Assembly (NCBI GenBank): GCA_964610875.1
Contig: CAZSWP010000001.1
Location: 64,001 to 128,000, forward strand
Direction of reading: 5' to 3'
Source of the DNA: an uncultured archaeon
GTDB lineage: Archaea; Asgardarchaeota; Thorarchaeia; Thorarchaeales; Thorarchaeaceae
Length of the DNA stretch: 64,000 nucleotides
Under the pieces are notes generated by a model. It did not search any database. It saw only the letters and a program-made list of their open reading frames with translations, and was not told where the DNA came from. This document shows positions 1 to 9,878 of this stretch, in pieces. Each line of letters begins with the position of its first letter. The first letter of the stretch is position 1. The position numbers and the translations under genes are program-made.

Positions 1-180
1 ATAGATGAGCTTTCATCCCTTAAAGCGGTGAGTGTTGAAAATGCCAAGTTATTGGTAGAAGCTGGAATCCTAAGTGTATCCGATTTGGCTTATTGCGAAA
101 TCGATAAGGTAGCTAACAAAACAGGTATTGATGAAGAGAAACTAACCAAAATGGTGAAAGCCGCTCTAAATAAGGTATAA
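1..180 (+). CDS. 3' end of a gene ending in a helix-hairpin-helix (HHH_5-like) domain (partial)
   Basis: Frame 1 is open from base 1 to TAA at 178-180: IDELSSLKAVSVENAKLLVEAGILSVSDLAYCEIDKVANKTGIDEEKLTKMVKAALNKV, matching the HhH pattern 'akkL.eaGi.sv.dLa'. Confidence 0.7.
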   Translation: MDELSSLKAVSVENAKLLVEAGILSVSDLAYCEIDKVANKTGIDEEKLTKMVKAALNKV

Positions 181-185
181 ATCAA

Positions 186-1307
186 ATGTTCATGGGAGTT
201 ATTCCCATGGACTATTCAAGTTTAATACAAGAACTGAAAAAGACACCAGTTCTAGACACACCGGTTATTCTTCCAGACTTCTTTCTAGATCATTTTGTAA
301 TAGCCGGAGAGTTTAATGAATTCATTCAGGGGCTCAAAGAACTTGCAGAACAGGGTGGGGGTAATCTTCTTGGCAATACACAACTAGTGCGTCGTGGTGG
401 CAACTCGGTTAATACGGCCTGTGCTCTAAAGGCTCTAGATGCTAATCCTTGTATTATTATCACAACAGACGAACAAGGTCTAGCTTTGATGAAAGGTCTA
501 GCACCTGAATTGGACTTCTCTTATGTTCATCTTGAAGGAAATCTCTCCGCAACTGTTTCAATTGAAGTGACGTATGATGGACGTAGAGTGAACTTGATGA
601 TCAGTGATAGCGGTTCTGCATCTGATTTTGGATTTAATGATTTAACTAAAAGTGACCTAGAATTGATAAAACAAAGTGGACTTGTTTCATTATTGAATTT
701 GAATCATAATAGGCGCGCAGTGGAACTATCAAGTGAATTGTTCTCTTTTGTCAAAAGCGAAACCTCCGCAATTACCTTCACAGATATTGGTGACCCATCA
801 AATAACCCTGAAATCATTGAACCATTAGCAAAAAAAGTAGTATCAGAAGGTCTTGTTGACTATCTTGGTGTGAATGAGAACGAGGCTGCATGGTTCGCAT
901 GGGCTTTGGATGGAAGAAACGGGAAGTGGCGTGAAGCACTAAAAGACCCTACTAAATGGCTGTCTGCAGCTAGATATCTTGCTAAAGAAACGGGTGTGTC
1001 TGTGCAACTGCATACACAATACTACACAGGAGTTGTAGAAACCGATGATGTGTTGTGTGTTCCTACATTCGATGTGCCATCTGATTTATTGTGTGGTGCA
1101 GGTGATGCATGGAATGCAGGGGCGATTTACGGAATCCTATCAGATTTCACAAAACATGAACGGTTAGTTCTTTCAAATGCAATATCTGCACTTTATGTTT
1201 CATCAAAGGATGCAACACATCCCACTAAATCTCAGATTATTGAGTTTTTGGAATCCAATCCTTTACTTTCAGAAGAAGGCAAAAAGTTACTTAAGCCTGA
1301 ATGTTGA
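186..1307 (+). CDS. PfkB/ribokinase-family carbohydrate kinase
   Basis: GGNSVNTA N-terminal motif, NENEA, CGAGDAWNAG anion-hole motif; start may be ATG at 207. Confidence 0.85.
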   Translation: MFMGVIPMDYSSLIQELKKTPVLDTPVILPDFFLDHFVIAGEFNEFIQGLKELAEQGGGNLLGNTQLVRRGGNSVNTACALKALDANPCIIITTDEQGLALMKGLAPELDFSYVHLEGNLSATVSIEVTYDGRRVNLMISDSGSASDFGFNDLTKSDLELIKQSGLVSLLNLNHNRRAVELSSELFSFVKSETSAITFTDIGDPSNNPEIIEPLAKKVVSEGLVDYLGVNENEAAWFAWALDGRNGKWREALKDPTKWLSAARYLAKETGVSVQLHTQYYTGVVETDDVLCVPTFDVPSDLLCGAGDAWNAGAIYGILSDFTKHERLVLSNAISALYVSSKDATHPTKSQIIEFLESNPLLSEEGKKLLKPEC

Positions 1308-1347
1308 TTCAAAGTTGGTATTCGCTTCTTAAAGTAGGGGAAAGTGA

Positions 1348-2256
1348 ATGGAACTAGAGCGCGTCTTGACAAAATTACGGTATGATGAAAAAGTCATAGG
1401 TTATGCTCTCGTAACGAATCAAGGCATTCCCTTCCTATCATTTTCACTACCTGATGAAACACTCCCTGCAATTCAGGGGACATTATTTGTTTACAAAGAC
1501 TCGCTAAAACTCATGAATGTGATGACTGGCTCAGGTACAGTGATTCTGGCACGGATTGATCCCAACTGGGTTCTTTCTGTCCTTTTTCATTCTGATGAAT
1601 CATTAGGTTCTGCTCTTCAAAAGACTCAGGATGTAATTGACTTACTCGAAGGGACAGAATTACCTCCTCCGCCAAGTACAAAGCTTGAAACTATGGAATC
1701 GCCTGAAATTCCAGAAGCAACAACTGAATCTATTGAAACTACCGAATCTTCATTGATTCCGATTGCTATTTCTGAGATTGATGTGCGACATGGTTGTATC
1801 GTCCATAAGGGACCATTTTTTTCAGAAACAGGAAAAATTGATTCAACCCTCTACAAAATGCTTGTAGATCAATTCGGGAATGTCGCACTTGATATTCTAA
1901 TGATGGTCGATGATAAGAAAACAGTCTTCAAGCTTGCTGAAACACTTGGAAAACGTGTTGAAATAGCAATTGAAGTAGTCAAATGGAGTGTTTCTCAACA
2001 CATAGTCACAATTGAGTGTCCTGAAGAACAAACACATGGTGCAACTGAAATCGTAGAACTACCCATCTTTGAGGGTGACTTGAAGAAGGCAAAGAAGGAA
2101 CACAGGCTGATCCTTAGTCACTGTGATGGAACAAAGACACTACAAGAGATAGCTGAAGAACTGGGAATCCCGTATTTCAACGCACTGCAGAGTGTGGTAT
2201 CTTACAGAGGAAAGACTCTGAAGTTCATCAAGAAGTCGAAAAAAGTAATGAAATAG
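1348..2256 (+). CDS. Roadblock/LC7-like N-terminal domain + poly-Pro linker + two winged-helix repeats (paralog A)
   Basis: Helix-VIGYALVTNQG-strand pattern of roadblock folds; ELPPPP; repeats VDDKKTVFKLAE and CDGTKTLQEIAEELG; clear paralog of 4185-5165. Confidence 0.6.
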   Translation: MELERVLTKLRYDEKVIGYALVTNQGIPFLSFSLPDETLPAIQGTLFVYKDSLKLMNVMTGSGTVILARIDPNWVLSVLFHSDESLGSALQKTQDVIDLLEGTELPPPPSTKLETMESPEIPEATTESIETTESSLIPIAISEIDVRHGCIVHKGPFFSETGKIDSTLYKMLVDQFGNVALDILMMVDDKKTVFKLAETLGKRVEIAIEVVKWSVSQHIVTIECPEEQTHGATEIVELPIFEGDLKKAKKEHRLILSHCDGTKTLQEIAEELGIPYFNALQSVVSYRGKTLKFIKKSKKVMK

Positions 2257-2267
2257 GTGAAATAAGC

Positions 2268-2774
2268 ATGGGTGTAAAAGGAAAACTAGCTTGGAGTCTA
2301 AAGATCGACAAAGTATCTAAAACTTTATTTCAAGCTACATATCGCGAGCTACAGAATATATTGATGGCCACAAATGACAATGTTGACGAAATAAACCATC
2401 AAATGCAAACGATTGGGTTCAAAGTTGGAGAAACTCTTTTGATGGATTATGCTGACCGCATTAGTCAACATGCTGGTACATTCCAAGAATTCGCAAAAAC
2501 TCTTCAATTAGCATACAAAGTAAATTCTGGTCAAGACTTCACAGATGTATGGATTAGTGACGATGGACAAACTATCAAGTTTACCGACGCAAATTGTGCC
2601 ATTTGTGAGGGTGTGGTTATTACCGATATGCCGGGATTACAATACTGCAACCTCATCAGTGGGGTATTCGATGCTGTAATGAAGCTGAGGGGTTTCAAAG
2701 CTGAAACATACCAAGAATCATGTAAAGCTCTTGGGGACAGCGTTTGTACATGGACTTTACGACAAACAGTATGA
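2268..2774 (+). CDS. V4R (H-NOX/Bet3-fold) domain protein
   Basis: CAICEG, YCNLISGVF, ESCKALGDSVC V4R cysteine pattern; AGGTGA Shine-Dalgarno upstream. Confidence 0.8.
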   Translation: MGVKGKLAWSLKIDKVSKTLFQATYRELQNILMATNDNVDEINHQMQTIGFKVGETLLMDYADRISQHAGTFQEFAKTLQLAYKVNSGQDFTDVWISDDGQTIKFTDANCAICEGVVITDMPGLQYCNLISGVFDAVMKLRGFKAETYQESCKALGDSVCTWTLRQTV

Positions 2775-2788
2775 AGTAACGATTTGAG

Positions 2789-2808
2789 ATGCCTTACCTG
2801 TAAGGCAT
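2789..2808 (+). terminator. Inverted repeat after the V4R gene (terminator or operator)
   Basis: ATGCCTTAC-CT-GTAAGGCAT, perfect 9-bp arms. Confidence 0.45.
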
Positions 2809-2872
2809 AACCATAAAAACGCTCATTCCTAGTTCAGAGTCAGAAGACATTATTCGTTAAGGATGCGATAAA

Positions 2873-3388
2873 ATGGGTCAGATTCTAGGCACTTTCGTTG
2901 GACTCATCACATCTTTTGTAATCACTTTCATTGTCCTCACATTTGGTCTATCAATTCCAGAAGATGTAATTAGTGGTACAGTTGTGAATGATTTTTTGTC
3001 CCGTTCGGATTTGGAATTGAAACTGACTGTAGTTGGAACCGTCCTCTATGCATCCAGTCTGACTGGCATTAATTTAGGCACTTTTGTGGGATATGGCGCT
3101 AGTGGTAGTACAGTATTGATGTTTCTTGCATGGGGGACTGGTGGTTTAATTGCAGGGTTACTTGCTGGTGATTTCGTAGAGGGTATCTTTGCAGCAGTGT
3201 TTGCAGTAATAGTTGGAGCATTTCTAACATGGTTATTGGTTTTCTTTGTCCAAACAACGGATTTCACAGCAATTCTCGGTACCCAATCTATACTAATTCT
3301 GCAGGTTGTTTTAGAAGGCGCACTCTATCCCGGAATAGCCGCAGTGGTGGGTGGATTACTGGGTGGTGGAATTTCAAGAGACCGTTAG
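2873..3388 (+). CDS. Gly-rich polytopic membrane protein
   Basis: About 5 hydrophobic segments with GxxxG motifs (GGLIAGLLAG, GGLLGGG). Confidence 0.75.
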   Translation: MGQILGTFVGLITSFVITFIVLTFGLSIPEDVISGTVVNDFLSRSDLELKLTVVGTVLYASSLTGINLGTFVGYGASGSTVLMFLAWGTGGLIAGLLAGDFVEGIFAAVFAVIVGAFLTWLLVFFVQTTDFTAILGTQSILILQVVLEGALYPGIAAVVGGLLGGGISRDR

Positions 3389-3391
3389 ACT

Positions 3392-3955
3392 TCACGTTTG
3401 ATTGTCTAGAACTCTTCCACACTCAGAACATAATATCGGATTTGATTTGAAAACCGCACCACACTCACATCTAGTTTCAATTTTAGTAATTGTGATAGGT
3501 TCTCCTCGTTCTCTCATCGTTTCAATTAATTTTATTACCGGAGCAGTTGTTATAATTGAGGTTACACTCAGTAGGAGTGACTGAATGAAGATACTTAGAA
3601 GTATCACATTTCGGTCAGCACTGTACCAAAATTGACTGTCTTTCAGCAATAATGATGAAGTTGAAAGAATCGCTAATATTACGCCCGTCCATAAAACCGT
3701 TCTAAAGATATTCCAGAATGACCTTGAAAAGACTCCTAGTATCGGTCCAGCAATTAATAGCGCAAAAATGACTGATATTAGATAGGGGCCATTTGTTAAG
3801 TTAGAAACAGTTTCTGATAGCTTCTCTGCACCATCAAGAATAAACCAAATTGAATCAAAAGGTAGGGGATAAGGAACAATCACCGATTGTAGAAACAGTG
3901 TGATTAGAGAAGCGATAATAAGGGCTCCTAGTAATCCTCCAATTAGATTTCGCAT
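3392..3955 (-). CDS. Membrane protein with C-terminal zinc ribbon
   Basis: About 4 TM segments; CECG...CSECG. Confidence 0.75.
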   Translation of the reverse strand: MRNLIGGLLGALIIASLITLFLQSVIVPYPLPFDSIWFILDGAEKLSETVSNLTNGPYLISVIFALLIAGPILGVFSRSFWNIFRTVLWTGVILAILSTSSLLLKDSQFWYSADRNVILLSIFIQSLLLSVTSIITTAPVIKLIETMRERGEPITITKIETRCECGAVFKSNPILCSECGRVLDNQT

Positions 3956-4184
3956 TATGATGGCTCCTTTTCAGCTATGCATCCGTACTACAAGCACTCT
4001 TAACAGTTATTGATGAAACTAAACATACCCCTTCAGATGTGATCTGTTCAGCATAAGTACCATACGCTCTGAAATTTGCTTCCAAATTTATTGGTGTCAC
4101 CGCAATGCTTTTCAGAATGGCATCGGAAGAAAACATATACGTGTGAGTCTAGTCCGCCGTTTAATGCCGAGAGGTTAATACAAG

Positions 4185-5165
4185 ATGTCCAGTGATTTGG
4201 AACGAGCACTGTCAAAGCTTAGATTTGATGACCAAGTCTTAGGATACTCCCTTATGACAAAAGTTGGTCGTCCGTTTGTGAGTTTCGCATTTCCAGATGC
4301 ACTCTTTCCCCGCGTGAAAGATAGCATCAATTTGTACAAAACGGATTTACGTCTTATGACAATCGATACTGAGAAAGGTCTTGTTGTTCTCTCACCAGTG
4401 GATGATAATTGGATTCTCACGGTTCTTTACGTTCCCGAACTCCAACTTGGTTTGGCAATTGCAAAAACAAAGAATGTACTTCGGCTATTGGAAGGCATCG
4501 AATTACCTCCACCTCCAGATGATTTTGAAGAATCATCTGAAGATAATCTACAGGTCTTGGAGAGTATAGCAATAAAGGCAGCGTCAACATTGGCTGAAGA
4601 GGCTGCAGTAACACCACCACCAGAAGAAGTTAAAGAAGTCACACTGGAAGAAGAAGAAAGGGATCTGTCTCCTGATGATTTTGCAATAGCTCCTTCAACA
4701 GTACCCAAACGTGGCGATACTTACTCTACTGCACTCTCATTGGATTCCGATCTCTATAATCAAATGAAATTGCAGTATCGTAATTTCGGATTTGATGTAT
4801 TGATGCTTGTGAATGGCACATTGGATATCACCAAGATAGCTGATTCTATGTTCCAACCCACAGAACGTGTGATTGAATGTTTGAAATGGGCGGCATCTAA
4901 AGGAATTGTCAGTGTTCCTGTTGCGAAAAAGAGCGAAACTGGTGAAGCTATCGAAGAAAAGGGTATGGGACGTTATGTGAAATGTCCCAAATATGAAGGC
5001 GATTATTCGAAGATTCCTGAGAATGAGGCCAAGATTCTTCGTTTCTGTGATGGCTCTCGTAGTACTAATGAAGTAGCTGAATCTGGTGGCGTTCCAAAAC
5101 CAACTGTGATTAAAATTCTGGCTAAATACCGCAAAGATGTAAAAATGATTGGTAAGACAGTATAA
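4185..5165 (+). CDS. Roadblock/LC7-like domain + poly-Pro + two winged-helix repeats (paralog B)
   Basis: LERALSKLRFDDQVLGYSLMT...LLEGIELPPPP aligns with 1348-2256; VNGTLDITKIAD and CDGSRSTNEVAE repeats. Confidence 0.6.
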   Translation: MSSDLERALSKLRFDDQVLGYSLMTKVGRPFVSFAFPDALFPRVKDSINLYKTDLRLMTIDTEKGLVVLSPVDDNWILTVLYVPELQLGLAIAKTKNVLRLLEGIELPPPPDDFEESSEDNLQVLESIAIKAASTLAEEAAVTPPPEEVKEVTLEEEERDLSPDDFAIAPSTVPKRGDTYSTALSLDSDLYNQMKLQYRNFGFDVLMLVNGTLDITKIADSMFQPTERVIECLKWAASKGIVSVPVAKKSETGEAIEEKGMGRYVKCPKYEGDYSKIPENEAKILRFCDGSRSTNEVAESGGVPKPTVIKILAKYRKDVKMIGKTV

Positions 5166-5190
5166 ACAACTATACGGAGTTTCGAAGCAT

Positions 5191-5664
5191 ATGGCAAAAA
5201 CAGAGAATCCCCTACTACTAGCAATTTATTCCTATATTGTCGATGGAGTTCTTGATGAAACTTCCAATGTTGAAGAAGCAAATGAACGATTACGGGACAT
5301 TGGGCGACTATTGGGATCGCAATTATACCTAAATACAGAGATAGCGGATAAGACTAAAGATACTATAACCACTCGTGAGGATGTTTCAAAGCTGGTCGAT
5401 GTGATTTTCAGAGTTCTTCATGATAAACGACCTAGCGATGTTGATATGGACTCTGCACGCGGTTCAATAAGAGTTAGTGATAAGGAATGTGTCTGGTGTC
5501 AAGAAGTATCACTTGAAGGCATGCGTGGTTTCGGATATTGTGAGATATTCAGTGGCATATTGGAATCTATTTTGGAATTCAAGGATGTAGATGCCAAAGT
5601 CTTCCAAGAAATGTCAAAAGCTACTGGTGCAGAAGCATGTATTTGGAACATCAGATTGGGCTAG
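5191..5664 (+). CDS. V4R (H-NOX/Bet3-fold) domain protein
   Basis: CVWCQE, YCEIFSGILE, EMSKATGAEAC; ATG at 5191 follows GGAG and avoids overlap with the upstream gene. Confidence 0.8.
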   Translation: MAKTENPLLLAIYSYIVDGVLDETSNVEEANERLRDIGRLLGSQLYLNTEIADKTKDTITTREDVSKLVDVIFRVLHDKRPSDVDMDSARGSIRVSDKECVWCQEVSLEGMRGFGYCEIFSGILESILEFKDVDAKVFQEMSKATGAEACIWNIRLG

Positions 5665-5720
5665 ACAAGTCTTGAGTCTATCAGCACAAAGAACATATCC
5701 TCTTCTGTAGACACGTTCTA

Positions 5721-6284
5721 TTGTTGGAGCGACTCAACATGTCAAAAGAGGAAGTAATAGAATGGTGGCAAGGAAGGCTCAAAGAACGTCAATTGATGCG
5801 AGCCTTTTTCTCAAAGACTTGGAATAAAATTGGCAGTCGTATTGCTGTTATGTTTCCTGATCGTGTAAGAGACCTCTACTACTCTGCAGGTAGACTTGCT
5901 GGACTTGAAGCGCAAAGAGAGTACTTCAAGATTGGAAAACAAAAACCACCTGGTGATTTCAAAGGTATTATTGAATTCATAAAGATGGCTCTTGAAACGC
6001 TTATCGTACCTTTTGGTGACATAAAGATAGCAAAACTATACAAATTATGGTTAGACGAAGAAGCCATTATAGAAATCCGTGATAATCCGTATGCTTCTGG
6101 GTATGAAGGTGATGATCCTTCGTGCTTCTTCTTGAAAGGTTTTATTGAGTCTGTGCTTGAATATCTTACAGACTTCAACAGAATTGAATATGAGAAATTA
6201 CTTGTAGAAGAAGAAAGCTGTATGTCGACTGGTGCAGAATTTTGTGCTTTCCATATCAAACTTAGCTATCCTCCCAAAGGGTAA
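5721..6284 (+). CDS. V4R domain protein
   Basis: DNPYA...PSCFFLKGFIES...EESCMSTGAEFCAF; start may be ATG at 5739. Confidence 0.8.
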   Translation: MLERLNMSKEEVIEWWQGRLKERQLMRAFFSKTWNKIGSRIAVMFPDRVRDLYYSAGRLAGLEAQREYFKIGKQKPPGDFKGIIEFIKMALETLIVPFGDIKIAKLYKLWLDEEAIIEIRDNPYASGYEGDDPSCFFLKGFIESVLEYLTDFNRIEYEKLLVEEESCMSTGAEFCAFHIKLSYPPKG

Positions 6285-6356
6285 ATCATAGTACAAAATT
6301 ACATCAAACCAAGCGTCTATATATATAGAAGTGTTTCAACAGTACAGTGAAGTGCA

Positions 6357-7106
6357 ATGGGAAGAGTGAGTAAGAGGTTAGTAATGACAGGATTGCTGGC
6401 CCTGATGTTCTCAGGTTTAGTCAGTTATTTCTTAGTTAGTAATGGTTATTCCTCTTCAGAACTCATTATCCCTGACTTATCTGGTGATACAACCTCCATA
6501 AACGGTGCATTGAATGTCACATTATGTTCTTCACCCATGAGTATCGGCACTTCGGTCATTACAATCGCTTGGAATGACCATTGGCTTCCTAGTGGCATAT
6601 TCACTATGGCAATTGGCACTGTGGTTGCTGACCGGAGAAGTGAACAACAACCACTGAAGCTAAAAGAACGAATTTTGATTGCGATTGAAGACAATCCTGG
6701 TGTCCATCTGCGAGAACTTCAAAGAACAGTTGAGTGTGCCATGGGTGCACTCCAGTATCATATAAGGAATCTTGAGAAGAGTGGCATCATCGAAGCCATA
6801 AAAGTTGGCAATTCAAAGCATTTCTTCCTTTCAGGGTTTTCAGATGATGAGAAAGTTCTAGTCCTCAGTGCAGTTGGACGCAATCCAACTGTACAATCAA
6901 TTTTAAGCGAGGTCCTCTCAAAGAATCGAGTGACTCAGGCTGAATTGAGTAGGACACTCTCTTTAGATAAGAGTCTAATTTCCTATTACACAAGTACGCT
7001 CCTTAAGGCTGACATTCTGCGGACCATCAAGGTCTTCGGTCGTGAGCGTCCAATCATGTTGAATGAATGGGCACACAGTGCTATCCTTGAGATGGCAATT
7101 GTGTAG
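6357..7106 (+). CDS. Membrane-anchored double winged-helix transcriptional regulator
   Basis: N-terminal hydrophobic helix; NPGVHLRELQR...LQYHIRNLE and TQAELSRTLSLDKSLISYY HTH motifs. Confidence 0.7.
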   Translation: MGRVSKRLVMTGLLALMFSGLVSYFLVSNGYSSSELIIPDLSGDTTSINGALNVTLCSSPMSIGTSVITIAWNDHWLPSGIFTMAIGTVVADRRSEQQPLKLKERILIAIEDNPGVHLRELQRTVECAMGALQYHIRNLEKSGIIEAIKVGNSKHFFLSGFSDDEKVLVLSAVGRNPTVQSILSEVLSKNRVTQAELSRTLSLDKSLISYYTSTLLKADILRTIKVFGRERPIMLNEWAHSAILEMAIV

Positions 7107-7220
7107 GAATTAGTTGAGGTGTCGTACCCCTATCCTTATCTTTTATTCTGGTTGCTTTGATTATCCAAGAGCCAATAGGATGTCCGACACCTCGTATAGT
7201 GATATTGAAAAATTTGGGGT

Positions 7221-7985
7221 TTGAATAATATGAGTGATGAACCACTACTAGGATCTGAAGAATTCACAGATGAATTTGATCTTGATATCGAAGGATTAGA
7301 CCAAGTGCGATATGCGGTGAAGCTTGATAATATGTCCAAGACTTATGAGTTGGGTAAAACCACGATAAAAGCACTTGACAAAATCTCTCTAACAGTAGGC
7401 CCTGGCGAAATCATTGTGGTGTCGGGACCTTCTGGATCAGGGAAAACAACTCTCCTCAACATAATTGGGGCAATAGACCATGCAACTGAAGGTAGAGTAT
7501 ATGTGATGGATGTTCCAATTGGAGATTATGATGAAGCCTTTCGAGCTACTTTCAGGTTATACAATACTGGATATATTTTCCAAAGCTATAATCTCATTTC
7601 CACATTGACTGCTATCGAGAATGTTATGTTCCCGATGCAATTGACTGAAAAGAGCGAGAAGGAACTACGTGGAGATGCAAAAATACTACTGGAGCGTGTT
7701 GGGATGCATGAACGGTTGGAACATCTACCATGGCAACTCAGTTCTGGGGAACAACAACGTGTGGCAATTGCACGTGCAATGGCTAATGATCCAGCCTTAA
7801 TTCTTGCAGATGAGCCAACTGCAAATCTTGATGCTGACACGGGACAGAGTATCATCTTGCTGCTTCAAGAGCTGAATAAGGCAGGCAAAACACTTGTTGT
7901 GATGACCCATGATGAGAGGATTCTATCTCTACCGTCTGTGCGTCATTTGCGTATACAAAATGGGGTGATGCAAGAAGATGTCTGA
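7221..7985 (+). CDS. ABC transporter ATP-binding protein (LolD/MacB type)
   Basis: GPSGSGKT, LSSGEQQR, LADEPTANLD, MTHD. Confidence 0.92.
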   Translation: MNNMSDEPLLGSEEFTDEFDLDIEGLDQVRYAVKLDNMSKTYELGKTTIKALDKISLTVGPGEIIVVSGPSGSGKTTLLNIIGAIDHATEGRVYVMDVPIGDYDEAFRATFRLYNTGYIFQSYNLISTLTAIENVMFPMQLTEKSEKELRGDAKILLERVGMHERLEHLPWQLSSGEQQRVAIARAMANDPALILADEPTANLDADTGQSIILLLQELNKAGKTLVVMTHDERILSLPSVRHLRIQNGVMQEDV

Positions 7986-9828
7986 ACAAGACTATGCATC
8001 CAAAGATCTCAAGCGCAGGCCATTCAGAACAACAATAATACTTCTCTCTCTTGTATCAGTTATAGCCGCAACAACATTTCTATTTCTCTTCTCTAGTATA
8101 TTATTAGATGTAACATCCTCTTTGACATCAACGGGAATCGCATCCGTTCTAGGTGTATTCTACGAAACATTCATGCTTGCCACTGTGCTGTTAGTTTTCA
8201 TTTTGGGAATCACAGTTGTGTCAAGCAATATCTCTCTTGAGATGGTGAGTAGACGAAAAGACATCGGTCTTATGAAATCAATAGGTACCCTCACAGATAC
8301 TATATTCGACCATTTCATGGCACAAGCTGTGATACTTATTCTAACAGGGATTGTTCTTGGTATTGCAATAGGAATAGTATTGTATTTTGTAGGATTGATA
8401 TGGCTTGCTTTCAGCATAACTGGAATCGAGTTTATCTTTAATTTTCCATGGATTCAGATTACTGTTCTAGCGATAATTCTTCTCATTGTCGGATACTTTG
8501 CGGCACAGAAGCCTATCTATGATGCGGTAAACGAATCCCCATCATCTTCCTTGAACCCTGATGTTGGAATGCGTATACAGAGATTTGGTTATCTTGATTC
8601 TTTCGGTCTGCCATTTCGTATTGCATCTAAATCAACAGGACGAAGAATAAAAGGAACACGGCGTACCCTCCTGACTCTATTTCTCAGTTTTGCCCTCGCT
8701 TCAACATTATGGATTGGTGGAGGAATAGTAGAATCAACAATGGATGGGTATGTTATCCGTTCTATGGGCTACAATGTTGTAGCAATAGGCCATCCGACAA
8801 TGCTTGAAGACTATTATGAAGCGTACAGTCTAACAGGAGAACGATTGAATGATTCATTCAGATATCTCGATAGCGAATATATGATTCCTAATACCCTTAT
8901 TGAAGAACTTGCTGGAGTTTCTGGAATAGATACAGTTGAATCACGATTAGTGGATTATACTACGGTTTCTGAAGGGGCAGCAATAATCTGGAATCCCACA
9001 CTTGAACAATATGAGAGAATAGGTGGGGATAGAGCAGATTCAGCGGCAGTTGTAGGTATCGACTTCGAACTGACCTTCTCTGATTGGTACTATGATGGAA
9101 GTGATGTCAATGATTCTCGAAGTGCTTGGATTGGTGGTAAGATGGCGAATGATTTGTATATCGATCCACTAATACAATCTGTAGGCGTACGTGGTACGAA
9201 CTTTGAGATTCGAGGTATTGCTTTTGAGGTTCTGAATGCAGGCATGATAACAATGCTGCCATTAAAGGCTATGCAAGATCTATATGAAATAGACGGAGTG
9301 AATTTAGTTCTAGTGCAGTTGGATTCATACTCCGAAAGTGTAATTTCAGCTATAGAAGAGCTTGCTGAAAACTACGGCTTTGGAATATATCGTCAACAGT
9401 CACTATTAGAATACAATTTGTCCATCATTTCTGCATATTGGAATCTGATACAACCAATACCAATTATGGCATTGATTAGTGCATTTCTTAGTTTGATGTA
9501 TTATCTTCTGATATCCGTCTTTGGAAGATTTAGAGATTACGTGATCATGAGATCTATAGGTGCAAAACCAATATTCATAGCAAAAACAATGGTTGCTGAA
9601 GGATTGGACATTGGGTTGAAAGCAGGTATTCCTGCAGTATTGTTTTCAGTTGTTTTCAGTGTGTACTTCTTAGTTCCAGAGGCTTCTGTATTATCACTAC
9701 TTTACCTGCCATTGTCTATAATCTCGATACTTGGTATTCTTGTCCTTGTGCTTGTACTCTCAGCCATACCTGTATACATGATATTTGCAAGTAGAAGTGA
9801 TCTACGAGTATCAGAATTTGCGGTCTAG
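7978..9828 (+). CDS. FtsX-like ABC permease
   Basis: RRKDIGLMKSIG and RFRDYVIMRSIGA FtsX motifs; multiple TM segments; overlaps the ATPase gene. Confidence 0.85.
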   Translation: MSEQDYASKDLKRRPFRTTIILLSLVSVIAATTFLFLFSSILLDVTSSLTSTGIASVLGVFYETFMLATVLLVFILGITVVSSNISLEMVSRRKDIGLMKSIGTLTDTIFDHFMAQAVILILTGIVLGIAIGIVLYFVGLIWLAFSITGIEFIFNFPWIQITVLAIILLIVGYFAAQKPIYDAVNESPSSSLNPDVGMRIQRFGYLDSFGLPFRIASKSTGRRIKGTRRTLLTLFLSFALASTLWIGGGIVESTMDGYVIRSMGYNVVAIGHPTMLEDYYEAYSLTGERLNDSFRYLDSEYMIPNTLIEELAGVSGIDTVESRLVDYTTVSEGAAIIWNPTLEQYERIGGDRADSAAVVGIDFELTFSDWYYDGSDVNDSRSAWIGGKMANDLYIDPLIQSVGVRGTNFEIRGIAFEVLNAGMITMLPLKAMQDLYEIDGVNLVLVQLDSYSESVISAIEELAENYGFGIYRQQSLLEYNLSIISAYWNLIQPIPIMALISAFLSLMYYLLISVFGRFRDYVIMRSIGAKPIFIAKTMVAEGLDIGLKAGIPAVLFSVVFSVYFLVPEASVLSLLYLPLSIISILGILVLVLVLSAIPVYMIFASRSDLRVSEFAV

Positions 9829-9878
9829 GGGAATATTCTTTAGAATTCCCCTCCGCGAATCATCATGGATGATTCCCC

